From an uncultured Actinomycetes bacterium (GTDB taxonomy: Bacteria; Actinomycetota; UBA4738; HRBIN12): a stretch of DNA of 64,000 bases. The notes below the pieces were generated by a model. The model was not told where the DNA came from. It did no database searches and saw only the letters and a program-made list of their open reading frames with translations. The translations under genes were made by a program, and so were the position numbers. The stretch is from assembly GCA_963704725.1 (NCBI GenBank), contig OY969934.1, forward strand, positions 2,848,001-2,912,000. Reading direction: 5' to 3'. This document shows positions 1-9,623 of the stretch, piece after piece. The stretch's first letter is position 1. Each line of letters starts with the position of its first letter.

Positions 1-923
1 TCGGCGTCGGGTTCGACGCGGCGGCCCATGCGCCCGGCCCAGCCGTCCCGGCAGGCTCGGAGGTTCATGACCAGGTGATCCATCGCGAGCTTCGGCTCCA
101 GCGGCAGGTTCACGATCGGCTTGCCGATGTTGACCGTCGCGACGCGGGCGGCCGTCCAGGGATGGCCGAACCGCCGGAGCATGTAGATCGAGTTCCGCAG
201 GACGTAGTAGCGACGCCAGTTCATCGGCGCGAGGCGCTTGCCCGGGACCAGGTCCAGCCCCATCCGTCCGGCGGCCTCGCGGCGGAGCTTCCACAGGTCG
301 CCGTGCGCGTAGAAGTGGTAGCCGGCCCGCGTCACCCGGAGGCCGAACTCGATCTCGGACAGGCCGAAGAAGAGCGGGGCGTGGAACGTGCCGGCGTCGC
401 GCACCGCCGAAACGAGATAGAACGGGACCTGGTTGCCGGCGACGTGGTCCACCGCCACGGGACCGTGGAGCTCGCGGTCGGGGACGCGGCGGATCCGGCC
501 CCGCCGCCAGTCGTATCGGCCACCGCTGATGCCGACCCCCGCGGTCCTCGGATCGTCCTGGAGCATCCGCTCGGCGAACCGCTCGAGCTCGGAGAAGACC
601 GTGGAGTACGGCACCGGATCGTCGTCGTCGAGGACGACGATCCAATCGCGATCGTCGGCCAGCTCGAGGACGTGCCGCATCCCCGCCGCCACCCCTCCGG
701 TGAATCCGAGATTGTCGTCCTGCTCCAGGTGGTCGACCTCCTCCGCGACCGCGCGGGCACCCGAGACCGCGTCACGCGACTCGGAGGTCGGCGCGTTGTC
801 GACGACCACGAGACGGTCGAGGCGGCGGTCCTGGTCGGCCAGGCGCTGCAGCGTGATGGCCAGCGCCGCGGGACGCCGATACGTGACGAGGACGCCGAAG
901 AGACGGTGCCGCGGCTCGCTCAC
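1..923 (-). CDS. Glycosyltransferase family 2 (3' end beyond window edge)
   Basis: Read manually, not in the ORF track: GTG at 923 overlaps the TGA of the upstream gene. Translation MSEPRHRLFGVLVTYRRPAAL...LVVVDNAP...DNLGFTGG...WIVVLDDDD shows GT-A fold motifs. Confidence 0.85.
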   Translation of the reverse strand, partial: MSEPRHRLFGVLVTYRRPAALAITLQRLADQDRRLDRLVVVDNAPTSESRDAVSGARAVAEEVDHLEQDDNLGFTGGVAAGMRHVLELADDRDWIVVLDDDDPVPYSTVFSELERFAERMLQDDPRTAGVGISGGRYDWRRGRIRRVPDRELHGPVAVDHVAGNQVPFYLVSAVRDAGTFHAPLFFGLSEIEFGLRVTRAGYHFYAHGDLWKLRREAAGRMGLDLVPGKRLAPMNWRRYYVLRNSIYMLRRFGHPWTAARVATVNIGKPIVNLPLEPKLAMDHLVMNLRACRDGWAGRMGRRVEPDA

Positions 924-1978
924 GCCGGCCCTCGCACCGGCTCGCCCGGAACGAACGACGGGATCCTCCCGGGGAGGCCGCGGGTGATCCCCAGGCCGGC
1001 CCCGAGCACCGCCGCGCCGGCCAGGACCACGAAGGGGAAGTGCAGGACGTAGTCGACGGTGGCCTGGACGGCCAGGACCGACACCCCGGCCGCCGACAGG
1101 ACCGCCACGCGGCCGGGCGCCCCTTCGGCCAGGGCGGCGAACCCCCACACGAAGACGCCGACCAGGAGGGCGTACCCGACGAGCCCCGTCTCGGCCCCCG
1201 CCTGCAGGAACTCGTTGTGCGCCCAGCGCAGGTCCGGATCCGACAGCGCGATCGGGCTCGTCCGAGCGAATCGGCCGGGTCCCACGCCGAACATGGGACG
1301 TCGCGCCGTGATCGACAGGGCGTCGTTCCACAGCGCCACCCGCTCCTGCGAGAGCGTCGCATCGACGAGCCGGTCGAGGGGGCCGGCGCCCGACCGGACC
1401 CCGATCGCGCCGAGCACGATCGTGGCCACGAGGGCCACGAGGAACACGCCTGCGCAGGCCGCAACGGCGGCGCGAGCGCCGCGAAGGCGCTCCACGCCGA
1501 GCGCGACGGCAACGAGGAGGGGCAGGCCGATCCCCGCCGTCCAGGACGCCGAGACGAGCACGAGCGGTGTGAAGGCGATCGCCGCCGCCGCGCCGACGAC
1601 CCGGAGTGGGCCGCGACCGACGACGGTCAGGAGGAGGGCGGCCACGAACGCCTGCGCGAAGAACGCGGCCGAGGCGTTCGCATAGCCGAACGGCCCCTCG
1701 AGCGGTCCGGCGCGCAGCGTCGCACCGGCGTCCGACCCGAAGACCGCGATCGCGGCCCCGACCAGGCCGAGCAGGACGAGCGTGGGCCGGCGAGCGGCGG
1801 CCACCCACGCCACGACGAGCGTCGTCGCGGCTCCACCGATGAGCGCCACGGCAGGTGCGGGGGAACCGCCCGCGCTCGTGCCCGAGACCAGCCACCATGC
1901 GCCGGCCGCGCCGAGCAGGGCCACGCCGCCCACCGCCGAGCCGGCCGACCACTCCGATCCGCGCTGGAGGGCGCTCAT
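920..1978 (-). CDS. O-antigen ligase/polymerase (Wzy_C/WaaL-like) membrane protein
   Basis: C-terminal part of ORF 920..4243 from the ATG at 1978 (ATGA overlap). Many TM helices; GPFGYANA, R-x-ALW, FGVGPGRF and WAHNEFLQAGAETGLVG motifs. Confidence 0.8.
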   Translation of the reverse strand: MSALQRGSEWSAGSAVGGVALLGAAGAWWLVSGTSAGGSPAPAVALIGGAATTLVVAWVAAARRPTLVLLGLVGAAIAVFGSDAGATLRAGPLEGPFGYANASAAFFAQAFVAALLLTVVGRGPLRVVGAAAAIAFTPLVLVSASWTAGIGLPLLVAVALGVERLRGARAAVAACAGVFLVALVATIVLGAIGVRSGAGPLDRLVDATLSQERVALWNDALSITARRPMFGVGPGRFARTSPIALSDPDLRWAHNEFLQAGAETGLVGYALLVGVFVWGFAALAEGAPGRVAVLSAAGVSVLAVQATVDYVLHFPFVVLAGAAVLGAGLGITRGLPGRIPSFVPGEPVRGPA

Positions 1979-3348
1979 GTGCGAGCCCCCGCCAACACCG
2001 ACGGCTCGGGGACGGCTCCCACGGCGGATGGCTCGTCGACGCGCCGCCGGGCCGTGACGCACAGCAGGACGAAGAACATCGGATAGAGCAGCGTCCGCTG
2101 GCGGGCGATGATCCCGAAGTTCGCCACGGCCGACAGCGCGACGATGGATCCGGCGACGTAGACGACGGCCACCGCGACGTACGGGGTCCTGCGGACCGAG
2201 CGCAGCGCCGCCAGGATCGACCTGAAGCGCACGACGACGACGAGGAGCAGGAGCGACCCCTCGATCGAGGTGACCGCCGCCTCGACCGTGTTCGCTTCGA
2301 ACAGGAAGGGCCGGAAGAGCACCGTGACGACCGAGAGCGCGAGGCCCGACGGCGAGGTGATCGATGGCGCGTTGAACTGTGAACCGCCCGCGCTCGTCAC
2401 CCGCTGCTGCTCGGCGACGACCGTGTCGAAGCTCGAGCCGAGGCCGGAGCGCGCCAGGTAGCCGCGCATCGTGACGCCGAGCACGACGAGGACGCCGGCG
2501 AACAGGACGACGGTGGCCAGCTTGGCGATCGGGCCGAGCTGTCGCAAGCTGTGGCTCGGCTTGCGCAGGAGACCCCCGACGACGAACCCGACCCCCATGA
2601 GCGCGGCGATGGGCGCCCGAACGAGCGCGGCCAATCCGATCCCGATCGCCGCGATCAGGAGCCCCGGCACGATCTTGCGCGCCAGCATCGTCGCCGCGCC
2701 GAACGCCGCGATCCCCAGCCCGAACATCATCCACGACTCCTTGCCGATGCTCGAGGGCCAGAACAGGATCGAGGGCATGAAGAACAACCAGCGGGCGTAG
2801 CTGCGCCGGTTCCCCTCGGGCAGCGCCAGCACGAACGCCCGGTAGAAGTAGAAGGTCCCCCAGAACGCCAGCCACGCGTAGATCAGGAACCCCGCGATCA
2901 CGCTGGGCCGGATGATCGTGTAGACGATCCCGGTGAACAGCCGGATGAAGTTCGTGTCGTACAGGTTCCCGAGCTGCGGATCGAAGTTCCCGTGCAGGAA
3001 CCGCTCGGCGATGTCCGTTCCGAAGTTGTCGAACGAACGGGCGTCTGCCTTCTCGACGACGTGGAACGCGTGGAACCAGCGGAAGAGCGAGAACGCCATC
3101 TTCACGGACAGCGCGGCGACCAGGAACCAGAAGACCCGTCGGTCGCCCTCCCGCCGGGCCTGACGGGCGAGCGCCGGAAGCGTGGCCACGAACAGCACGG
3201 GGCCGACGAGCATCGCCCCCCACGAGTCCCAGGACGTCCGGTCCATGAGATAGAAGAGCAGCGTCAGGTAGCCCGCCACGAACGCGAGCCCCACCACGAC
3301 GATCGTCCGGTTGGGCGAACCCTCGCGGATGCGCTCGGCGCCGACCAT
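1975..3348 (-). CDS. Polytopic membrane protein, putative Wzy-like/GT-C polysaccharide polymerase
   Basis: About 11 TM helices; PSILFWPSSIGKES motif and C-terminal NFGIIARQR; lies within a glycan locus. Confidence 0.65.
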   Translation of the reverse strand: MVGAERIREGSPNRTIVVVGLAFVAGYLTLLFYLMDRTSWDSWGAMLVGPVLFVATLPALARQARREGDRRVFWFLVAALSVKMAFSLFRWFHAFHVVEKADARSFDNFGTDIAERFLHGNFDPQLGNLYDTNFIRLFTGIVYTIIRPSVIAGFLIYAWLAFWGTFYFYRAFVLALPEGNRRSYARWLFFMPSILFWPSSIGKESWMMFGLGIAAFGAATMLARKIVPGLLIAAIGIGLAALVRAPIAALMGVGFVVGGLLRKPSHSLRQLGPIAKLATVVLFAGVLVVLGVTMRGYLARSGLGSSFDTVVAEQQRVTSAGGSQFNAPSITSPSGLALSVVTVLFRPFLFEANTVEAAVTSIEGSLLLLVVVVRFRSILAALRSVRRTPYVAVAVVYVAGSIVALSAVANFGIIARQRTLLYPMFFVLLCVTARRRVDEPSAVGAVPEPSVLAGART

Positions 3349-4380
3349 TCAGAACACCTCCACGTCGCCGGTGGCGAGCGACCACGACGACAGGAGCCGG
3401 GGATCGGGGGCGAGGCCCTCGCGCAGAGGGTTCACCACGAAGGTCATGCCCTTCGGGGCGCGGATCGTGGTCGGTCCTCGGTGGGCCCGTCCGGCCGAGG
3501 ACCCCGGCGGGAACGCGGCCGCCACGTACGCGACGTCCGCGGACCGGCGGACGGCGGCGAGCAGCCGCCGTGCGCCCTGCACGTCGCCGGGACGGACGAT
3601 GACGTCCCCCACCGAGATCCCCCACAGTGAGCCCTCGGCACGGAGCCGGAACAGCGCCAGCCCGGTGACCTCGCCGCCTCGTTCCTCGAGCACGGCGTGA
3701 TAGTCGAGGAGCGGCGCCCGGCCGTAGCGCCACCGCAGGTACTCGACCGACCTCGGCGTGGCGTAGCCCGGGCCCGGCGGCTGGGCGCGATCGAGCAGCG
3801 CCGAGATCCGCATCTCGTCGCCCAGGACCTCGTCGGCGCGGGGGGCGGACACGAGGGGACGCTCGGAGGCGTTCGACCGGCCGCGGCGGAGCTTGCCGAG
3901 CGCGAACGCCATCGGGCGACGGACGCGGACCGACACGGGGATCCGGCCGGTGATCTGCCAGCCCATCTTGAGATAGCCGGGCAGGCTGTTCTCGTTCGGC
4001 GTGTTGAAGATCAGGTCGACCTCGCCCTTCAGGGAGTCCAGCGCGGCCCGTGTGAGCGTGGAGAAGACCCCCCGGCCTCGCTCCTGCGGGTGGGTCACGG
4101 TGTCGACGGGACGCGCCGCCTCGATCGTCCGGTCCCCTATCCGGAACCGCCACCGCATGAGAGCCCGGAAGCCGATGATCCGCCCGCCGGTCTCGGCCAC
4201 GATCATGAACGAGCGCCCGAAGGGGTTCTCGAGATGCTTCCACCGGAAGTACTCGGGCGTGCGCTGGCCTCCCGGGCCGCCGCCGAGCGAGCCGCGGAGG
4301 AGGTCGAGGACCTCGGGCTCCTCGGCGTCCCGGTACGGCCGGACCAGCAGGTCGGTGCGCATCGACGTGTCCCCGCTCAC
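3349..4380 (-). CDS. GNAT-family acyltransferase (tandem GNAT fold)
   Basis: YFRWKHLENPFG, VDTVTHPQERGRGVF (motif A), FNTPNENSLPGYLKMGW, second-domain YLRWRY. GTG at 4380 overlaps the upstream stop; alternative ATG at 4362. Confidence 0.85.
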   Translation of the reverse strand: MSGDTSMRTDLLVRPYRDAEEPEVLDLLRGSLGGGPGGQRTPEYFRWKHLENPFGRSFMIVAETGGRIIGFRALMRWRFRIGDRTIEAARPVDTVTHPQERGRGVFSTLTRAALDSLKGEVDLIFNTPNENSLPGYLKMGWQITGRIPVSVRVRRPMAFALGKLRRGRSNASERPLVSAPRADEVLGDEMRISALLDRAQPPGPGYATPRSVEYLRWRYGRAPLLDYHAVLEERGGEVTGLALFRLRAEGSLWGISVGDVIVRPGDVQGARRLLAAVRRSADVAYVAAAFPPGSSAGRAHRGPTTIRAPKGMTFVVNPLREGLAPDPRLLSSWSLATGDVEVF

Positions 4381-5540
4381 GCCAGGAGCTCCCCGTACAC
4401 CTGCTCGATCCGTCGCACCGCCTGCCGCACGTCGAACGCCCGGGCCCGCTCGCGCGCGCCCGCGGCGAGCCTTCGCCGGAGACCGTCGTCCTCGAGCAGG
4501 CCCAGGACCGCCCTCGCCTGCTGCTCCGGCCGGCGGGCCTCGACCGTGACGCCGTTCACGCCGTCCTCGATGACCGCCCGGACGCCGCCGACGCGGGTGG
4601 CCACCGGGGGACAGCCCAGGGCCATGGACTCCAACAGCGCGAGGGGGAGCCCCTCGTGGATCGACGACATGGCGAAGACGTCGAAGGATCGGACGAGCCG
4701 GAGCGCGTCCTCCCGGAAGCCGGCGAACACGATCGTGTCGGCGACCCCCAGCCGGCGGGCCTCGGCCAGCATCTCCTGCTCCATCGGTCCCTGCCCCACG
4801 AAGACGAACCGGACGTCCGGCCGCTCCCGGGCCACGTGCGCCGCGATCTGCAGCATGTACTCGTAGCCCTTGTGAGGCTTGAAGTTCGCCACGGTCCCGA
4901 CCACGGGCGCTCCGGGAGCGATACCCAGCTCGTCCCGGACGCCGTTCGGACCGGGAGTGGCGACCACGCGGTCGACGTCGATCCCGTGATGCAGCGTCTC
5001 CAGCCGCGGCGTCGGGAGGAATCTGAGGGCTCGCGGGTAGCGGATCGACTGCCGCACCTCCTCCGAGACCGCGAAGACGTGATCGTTGCGGGGGAACGTG
5101 ATCGCGTTGGCCCAATAGGTCGAGCGGTGGTACCGCTCCCACACGTTGTGCTCGGTGGTCACCAGCACGGGGCGCGCTCGACCGAGGGACGCGCGGACCA
5201 TCGCCGCGACGTACGGCGAGTGCACGTGGAGCACCTCGATGCCGCGACCGCGGATCAGGGAGCGGAGACGACCGATCCATCCCATGCCCCGCGCCCCCTG
5301 CAGGCAGGTCACCTGGACGCCGAGGGCCTCGAGCTCGGGGACGAACGCGTCCTTCCACGGGAGCAGGTACGCGACCTCGTAGTCGAACCGCGTCCGGTCG
5401 CCGTGCTCGACCGCGTTCACGAGGAGCTGCTCGGCCCCTCCGCGACCGAGGCCCTTGATGAGCAGCAGGACGCGAGCCCGGGATGCGCCCGCCGGCGCAG
5501 CGGCGTCGCCCACGGCCTCGAGGGCTTCTCGGGTCCTCAC
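4377..5540 (-). CDS. Glycosyltransferase family 4
   Basis: LIKGLGRGGAEQ, KPHKG, EGLPLALLE (E-x7-E); GTG start at 5540. Confidence 0.9.
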   Translation of the reverse strand: MRTREALEAVGDAAAPAGASRARVLLLIKGLGRGGAEQLLVNAVEHGDRTRFDYEVAYLLPWKDAFVPELEALGVQVTCLQGARGMGWIGRLRSLIRGRGIEVLHVHSPYVAAMVRASLGRARPVLVTTEHNVWERYHRSTYWANAITFPRNDHVFAVSEEVRQSIRYPRALRFLPTPRLETLHHGIDVDRVVATPGPNGVRDELGIAPGAPVVGTVANFKPHKGYEYMLQIAAHVARERPDVRFVFVGQGPMEQEMLAEARRLGVADTIVFAGFREDALRLVRSFDVFAMSSIHEGLPLALLESMALGCPPVATRVGGVRAVIEDGVNGVTVEARRPEQQARAVLGLLEDDGLRRRLAAGARERARAFDVRQAVRRIEQVYGELLA

Positions 5541-6652
5541 GCCGCCACCGTCTCGTACAGGTCCGCGACCCGCCGGGCCACGCTCGCGATGTCGAAACGA
5601 GGCAGGCATCGCGCCGCCGCCGCAGCGCCCATCGCCTCGCGGAGCGCGCGGTCCTCGAGCAGCTGCAACGTCCGCTCTGCCAGGGCCGCGTGGTCGCCCG
5701 GGGGGACGACGAAGCCGGTGACGCCGTCGGCCACGACCTCCGGCACGCCCGCCAGGCCGAACGAGACGACGGGGACGCCGGCCATGCCGGCCTCGATCAC
5801 GCACCCGGGCATCCCCTCGGTCCGGCTGGCCAGCACGAGCAGGTCGCTGGCGCCGAGCAGGTCGCCCACGTCCGACCGGGTGCCCAGCAGCCGGACGTGG
5901 TCCCCGAGGCCCCGCGCCCGGACCTCGTCGCGGACCTCGTCGCGCATCGGCCCGTCGCCGGCCATCATGTAGGCGATGTCGGGCAGGGACCCCGCGATCT
6001 TCGCGCACAGGTCGAGGTGGGCGAGCGGGTCCTTCTCGGGGCTGAGGGCGCCGACCGAGATCGCCACGGGCGCCGCGCCGTCGATGCCGAGCTCTCGGCG
6101 GACCTCGTCGCGTCCGCGAACGGGGCGGATGCGGTCGGGGTCGATGCCCCTGGGGATGGTCACGACCCGTTCCGGCGGGATCCCGAAGACCTCGAGGGTC
6201 TCCCGGCGCACCGACTCGGCCACCGCGACGATCCCGCCCGCCCGGCGCAGGAGCGCGGCGTGCATCGCCCGTCTCGGCCCGCGCGTGATGCTCGCCGGCG
6301 CCGTCCCGATCCGGCGGTAGACGGTCCCGGTCCCGGTCCCGGCCGCTCCGATCGCCGCGTACTTGAAGGCCTCGCCCCCATGCGCGTGCACGATGTCGGG
6401 CCGGAACCCGGTGATCGAGCGGCGGAGGTCCGCCAGGGTGGCGGCATCCATCCGAAGACCGGGGACCCGACGGCCGTCCGAGCGCAGGGGCCGCACGGGC
6501 GCGTCGTACGCCACGGCCGTCGGCCACGGCCCGTGCAGGAACACCACCCGCTGGTCGTAGCCGCCCATCCCGTCGAGGGCTCGCACGAGGTCCGAGGCGA
6601 ACATCTCGGCCCCCCGGCGCTGACCCGTGGCGACGACGTGCAGCAGCCGCAT
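5537..6652 (-). CDS. Glycosyltransferase family 4
   Basis: MRLLHVV...RRGAEMF, LSPEKD, EGMPGCVIEA; ATG at 6652. Confidence 0.9.
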   Translation of the reverse strand: MRLLHVVATGQRRGAEMFASDLVRALDGMGGYDQRVVFLHGPWPTAVAYDAPVRPLRSDGRRVPGLRMDAATLADLRRSITGFRPDIVHAHGGEAFKYAAIGAAGTGTGTVYRRIGTAPASITRGPRRAMHAALLRRAGGIVAVAESVRRETLEVFGIPPERVVTIPRGIDPDRIRPVRGRDEVRRELGIDGAAPVAISVGALSPEKDPLAHLDLCAKIAGSLPDIAYMMAGDGPMRDEVRDEVRARGLGDHVRLLGTRSDVGDLLGASDLLVLASRTEGMPGCVIEAGMAGVPVVSFGLAGVPEVVADGVTGFVVPPGDHAALAERTLQLLEDRALREAMGAAAAARCLPRFDIASVARRVADLYETVAA

Positions 6653-6653
6653 G

Positions 6654-7832
6654 TCAGGCCACCTCGACACCGTCGTCGACGGCGAGCACGCGCGACTCGG
6701 AGCGGGCGACCCGGCGGCACAGGTCCACCATCCGTTCCGTGCTCCGCTCCAGCGTGAAGCGGCGGGTGAAGATCTCCCTGCCCCGCGCGCCGAGCCCGGC
6801 GGCCCGGGCCGGATCCGCCAGGAGCGAGGAGATCGCCGAGCCGAGCGACGGCGGATCGCGCGGCGGGACGAGCACCGCGCAGCGACCGTCCTCGACCACC
6901 TCGCGGACCGGATCGAGCCGGCTGGCCACGATGGGCACGCCGAGCGCCATGGCCTCGAGCACCGCCCCGCCCAGTCCCTCCCACAGCGAGGGGAACGCGA
7001 ACAGGTCGGACGCCGCGAGGACGTCCGGCAGGTCGTCCCGGTGGCCGAGGAAGCGCACGGCGCCGTCGAAGGGTGCGGCCAGCGAGCGCAGGTGCGCCGT
7101 CTCCTCACCCTCCCGGCCGGCGAGCAGCAGGACGGCGGCGGGGTGCGCGGCGAGGACGGCCGGCATGGCCTCGAGCAGGAAGCGGTGGCCCTTCTGGAAC
7201 TCCTGCCGACCCACGGCGACCAGGACCGGTGCGTCCGGCTCCAGGCCGAGCCGCTCGCGAGCGCGGGCCCGCCGCTCCGGTCCCGGCTCCCCGAGCCGTC
7301 GCGGGTCGCGGCCGCGCTCCACGACCGTGATGCGGGACGGCGGCACGCGGAGCGTGGCGGCGGCCCACGTCTTCACCGCGCCCGTGATCGCGTGGAAGTG
7401 CGAGGTGAGATGTCGCGAGGTCCACCCGTCGACCGCCCGGATCCCCCGCAGGGCGACCGGACGGACGTGCGGATCCGCCATCCGCTCGGGCGTGTACGAC
7501 TGGTTCACGAGGCTCGTGAGCACGGGGATCCCCGAGCCCGCCGCGGCGAACCGTCCGGTGAGGGTGGCGGCCGCGAGGGTGGTGTGCACGAGGGACGGCG
7601 ACGTTTCGCGGATCAGCCGGCGCAGGGCTCGAACCCGGGCCGCGGGCGGACCGGGCAGGAACCGGACGTCGAAGCCCGCGGCGAGGACGTCGTCCTCGAC
7701 GCCGCCGGGGCGGCGCCGCAGGCAGGCCACGACGGGCTCGATGCCGGCCTCGGCCAGACCGGGCAGGAGCTCGGCTAGCGAGCGCTCCGCGCCGCCGAAC
7801 CCCAGCCCGTCGATGACGCTGAGCATCCGCAC
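6654..7832 (-). CDS. Glycosyltransferase family 4
   Basis: GLGFGGAERSL, GRQEFQKGH, WEGLGGAVLEAMA. Confidence 0.9.
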   Translation of the reverse strand: MRMLSVIDGLGFGGAERSLAELLPGLAEAGIEPVVACLRRRPGGVEDDVLAAGFDVRFLPGPPAARVRALRRLIRETSPSLVHTTLAAATLTGRFAAAGSGIPVLTSLVNQSYTPERMADPHVRPVALRGIRAVDGWTSRHLTSHFHAITGAVKTWAAATLRVPPSRITVVERGRDPRRLGEPGPERRARARERLGLEPDAPVLVAVGRQEFQKGHRFLLEAMPAVLAAHPAAVLLLAGREGEETAHLRSLAAPFDGAVRFLGHRDDLPDVLAASDLFAFPSLWEGLGGAVLEAMALGVPIVASRLDPVREVVEDGRCAVLVPPRDPPSLGSAISSLLADPARAAGLGARGREIFTRRFTLERSTERMVDLCRRVARSESRVLAVDDGVEVA

Positions 7833-7833
7833 C

Positions 7834-8754
7834 TCAGACCCCTCCTCGGACCCGGTGCACGGTGGGATGGAGTCCGCTGGTGATCGTGCGGAACCGGTCG
7901 AGCGTCGTGGTCGAGTTCACCCGGAGTCGGGAGATCGCGAACGGGTCGCTCGGGTGGAGGGAGCTGAGCCGGTGGTCGAACAGGAACGCGGCCTCGTAGC
8001 CGAGCTCGCCCAGGATCGTCGCCGCCCGAACGTCGCGGTCTCCGTCCGGGTAGGCGAACGCCCGGGGTTCGTGACCCAGCGCCTCGGTGAGCATCCGATG
8101 CGACGTCTCGAGCTCGCTCCGGCAGACCCGGTCCGAGCAACGGCCGAGGCACGGGTGCGACCACGTGTGGTTGCCGACGGCGATCCCGGACGACTCGAGC
8201 GCCAGGAGCTCCGCGCTCGTGAGCTGGCGCATCGGCGGCGCGGCCGTCACGGCGGTCCGGCGGAGCTCCTCGACGGCGGCGAGGCGGCGCTCGTCGGGCA
8301 TCCGCTTGAGCGCCCGGACGACGTCGGGCGGCGCCACCGGGGGCAGCCCGGTCACGGTGCCCCCGTGGCTCGCCAGCTCGACCACCTCGCTCCACCAGAA
8401 CGGGCGGTCCGATCCGACGAGGCCGGCGACGACGAACACGACGGCCGGAAGCCCGCGCTCCACGAGCATCGGCATCGCGACGTCCACGACGCTTCGGTGG
8501 CCGTCGTCGAACGTGATGAGGACGGCCCGCCGAGGCAGCGCCGGCCCCGAGCGCATCGAGTCGAGCACCTGCTCGAGCGAGACCGGGTAGGACGTCCTGC
8601 GCAGGTGGTCGAGGTGGCGGCCGAAGCGCTCGGCGTCGTCGATCCCGTGGTAGGCGAGAACGGCCAGCCGCCGCGCCGCCCGCCAGTCGAAGACCGGCTG
8701 CGCCGGGCTCCGCGAGAGCACGGCGTCCAGCCACACCTCGGCGCGAGGGTTCAC
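7834..8754 (-). CDS. Polysaccharide deacetylase (CE4, IcaB/PgaB-like)
   Basis: VLAYHG, LITFDDG, GNHTWSHP, FAYPDG motifs; GTG at 8754. Confidence 0.9.
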   Translation of the reverse strand: MNPRAEVWLDAVLSRSPAQPVFDWRAARRLAVLAYHGIDDAERFGRHLDHLRRTSYPVSLEQVLDSMRSGPALPRRAVLITFDDGHRSVVDVAMPMLVERGLPAVVFVVAGLVGSDRPFWWSEVVELASHGGTVTGLPPVAPPDVVRALKRMPDERRLAAVEELRRTAVTAAPPMRQLTSAELLALESSGIAVGNHTWSHPCLGRCSDRVCRSELETSHRMLTEALGHEPRAFAYPDGDRDVRAATILGELGYEAAFLFDHRLSSLHPSDPFAISRLRVNSTTTLDRFRTITSGLHPTVHRVRGGV

Positions 8755-9623
8755 CCGACCGCCCTCAGACCCGCCGGCGTGTCGCCCGGCCGCCACAGCG
8801 GTTGGCCGAGCCAGGCCTCCAGGCGCGCCACGTCGGCCCACATCGGGGTCAGCACGTCGTCGGGGATGGGGGCTCGCGAGGCCTCGAGCCGGCGGGCGTA
8901 GGTGTCGCCCTCCCGCGCGAACACCCGCTTGGCCACGCGCCGGAGCGGCTTCGGCACCCGGGCGATGCGGCGGGAGTTCACCAGACCCCGGCTCTTGGCC
9001 CAGGCCATGGCGCGCGTCCACTGGGCCTTCTCGGCGTTCACGTTGTGCGACCCTTCGGGCAGCGGGCGATCGGACAGCGACAGGAAGCGCAGGACCTCCG
9101 ACCACGCCGGCGCCGGCTGCCTCACGAGGTCCTCGAACCGGACGACGAGGATCCGCTCCCGGGGGAACCGGTCGACGTAGGGCTGCAGGCAGGCGGCGTA
9201 GCTGCTGTGGCCGAGGTACGGGTTGCCCGGCTCGCGCAGCGCCTCGACGAGCGACCGGGACTCGCGCCGGCGCTGGACCTCGTGGCGGTAGTGGGATCGG
9301 ATCCGCTCGACGGGGTGCCGGATGATGTAGATGAGGCGCGCGGACGGGATGAGCTCCGCCATCCGCTCGGCGGCGTCCGGCGCGTATACGGGGCTCGTGT
9401 AGTTCTGGGAGGCCTCGCCGAGGATCTGCTCGGGCGTCGCCTCCGCGAACTTGCTCTCGTACCACGCCCGGCCGTTCGGCCACAGATCGCTGAAGAAGCG
9501 CGTCTCCTTGGGGTGGGCCATGCACGTCTCCGGCTGCTCGTCGAGCCACCGGAACAGGGACGTGGTGGCGGACTTCATCGCCCCGATGATCACGAAGTCC
9601 GGCATGCGGGCCGGCTCAGCCAT
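8751..9623 (-). CDS. Sulfotransferase (heparan-sulfate N-/3-O-sulfotransferase-like fold)
   Basis: 5'-PSB loop PDFVIIGAMKSATTSL, KETRFF, GEASQNY, 3'-PB IIRHPVERIRSHY. Confidence 0.9.
   Translation of the reverse strand: MAEPARMPDFVIIGAMKSATTSLFRWLDEQPETCMAHPKETRFFSDLWPNGRAWYESKFAEATPEQILGEASQNYTSPVYAPDAAERMAELIPSARLIYIIRHPVERIRSHYRHEVQRRRESRSLVEALREPGNPYLGHSSYAACLQPYVDRFPRERILVVRFEDLVRQPAPAWSEVLRFLSLSDRPLPEGSHNVNAEKAQWTRAMAWAKSRGLVNSRRIARVPKPLRRVAKRVFAREGDTYARRLEASRAPIPDDVLTPMWADVARLEAWLGQPLWRPGDTPAGLRAVG

Noticed and set aside
920-4243. 1107-aa ORF and similar long ORFs (13045..15411, 22367..25141, 27349..29928, 58384..60822) as fusion proteins
   Set aside because: Their N-terminal parts are off-frame readthrough of neighbouring genes; the real starts lie at stop/start overlaps or downstream ATGs.
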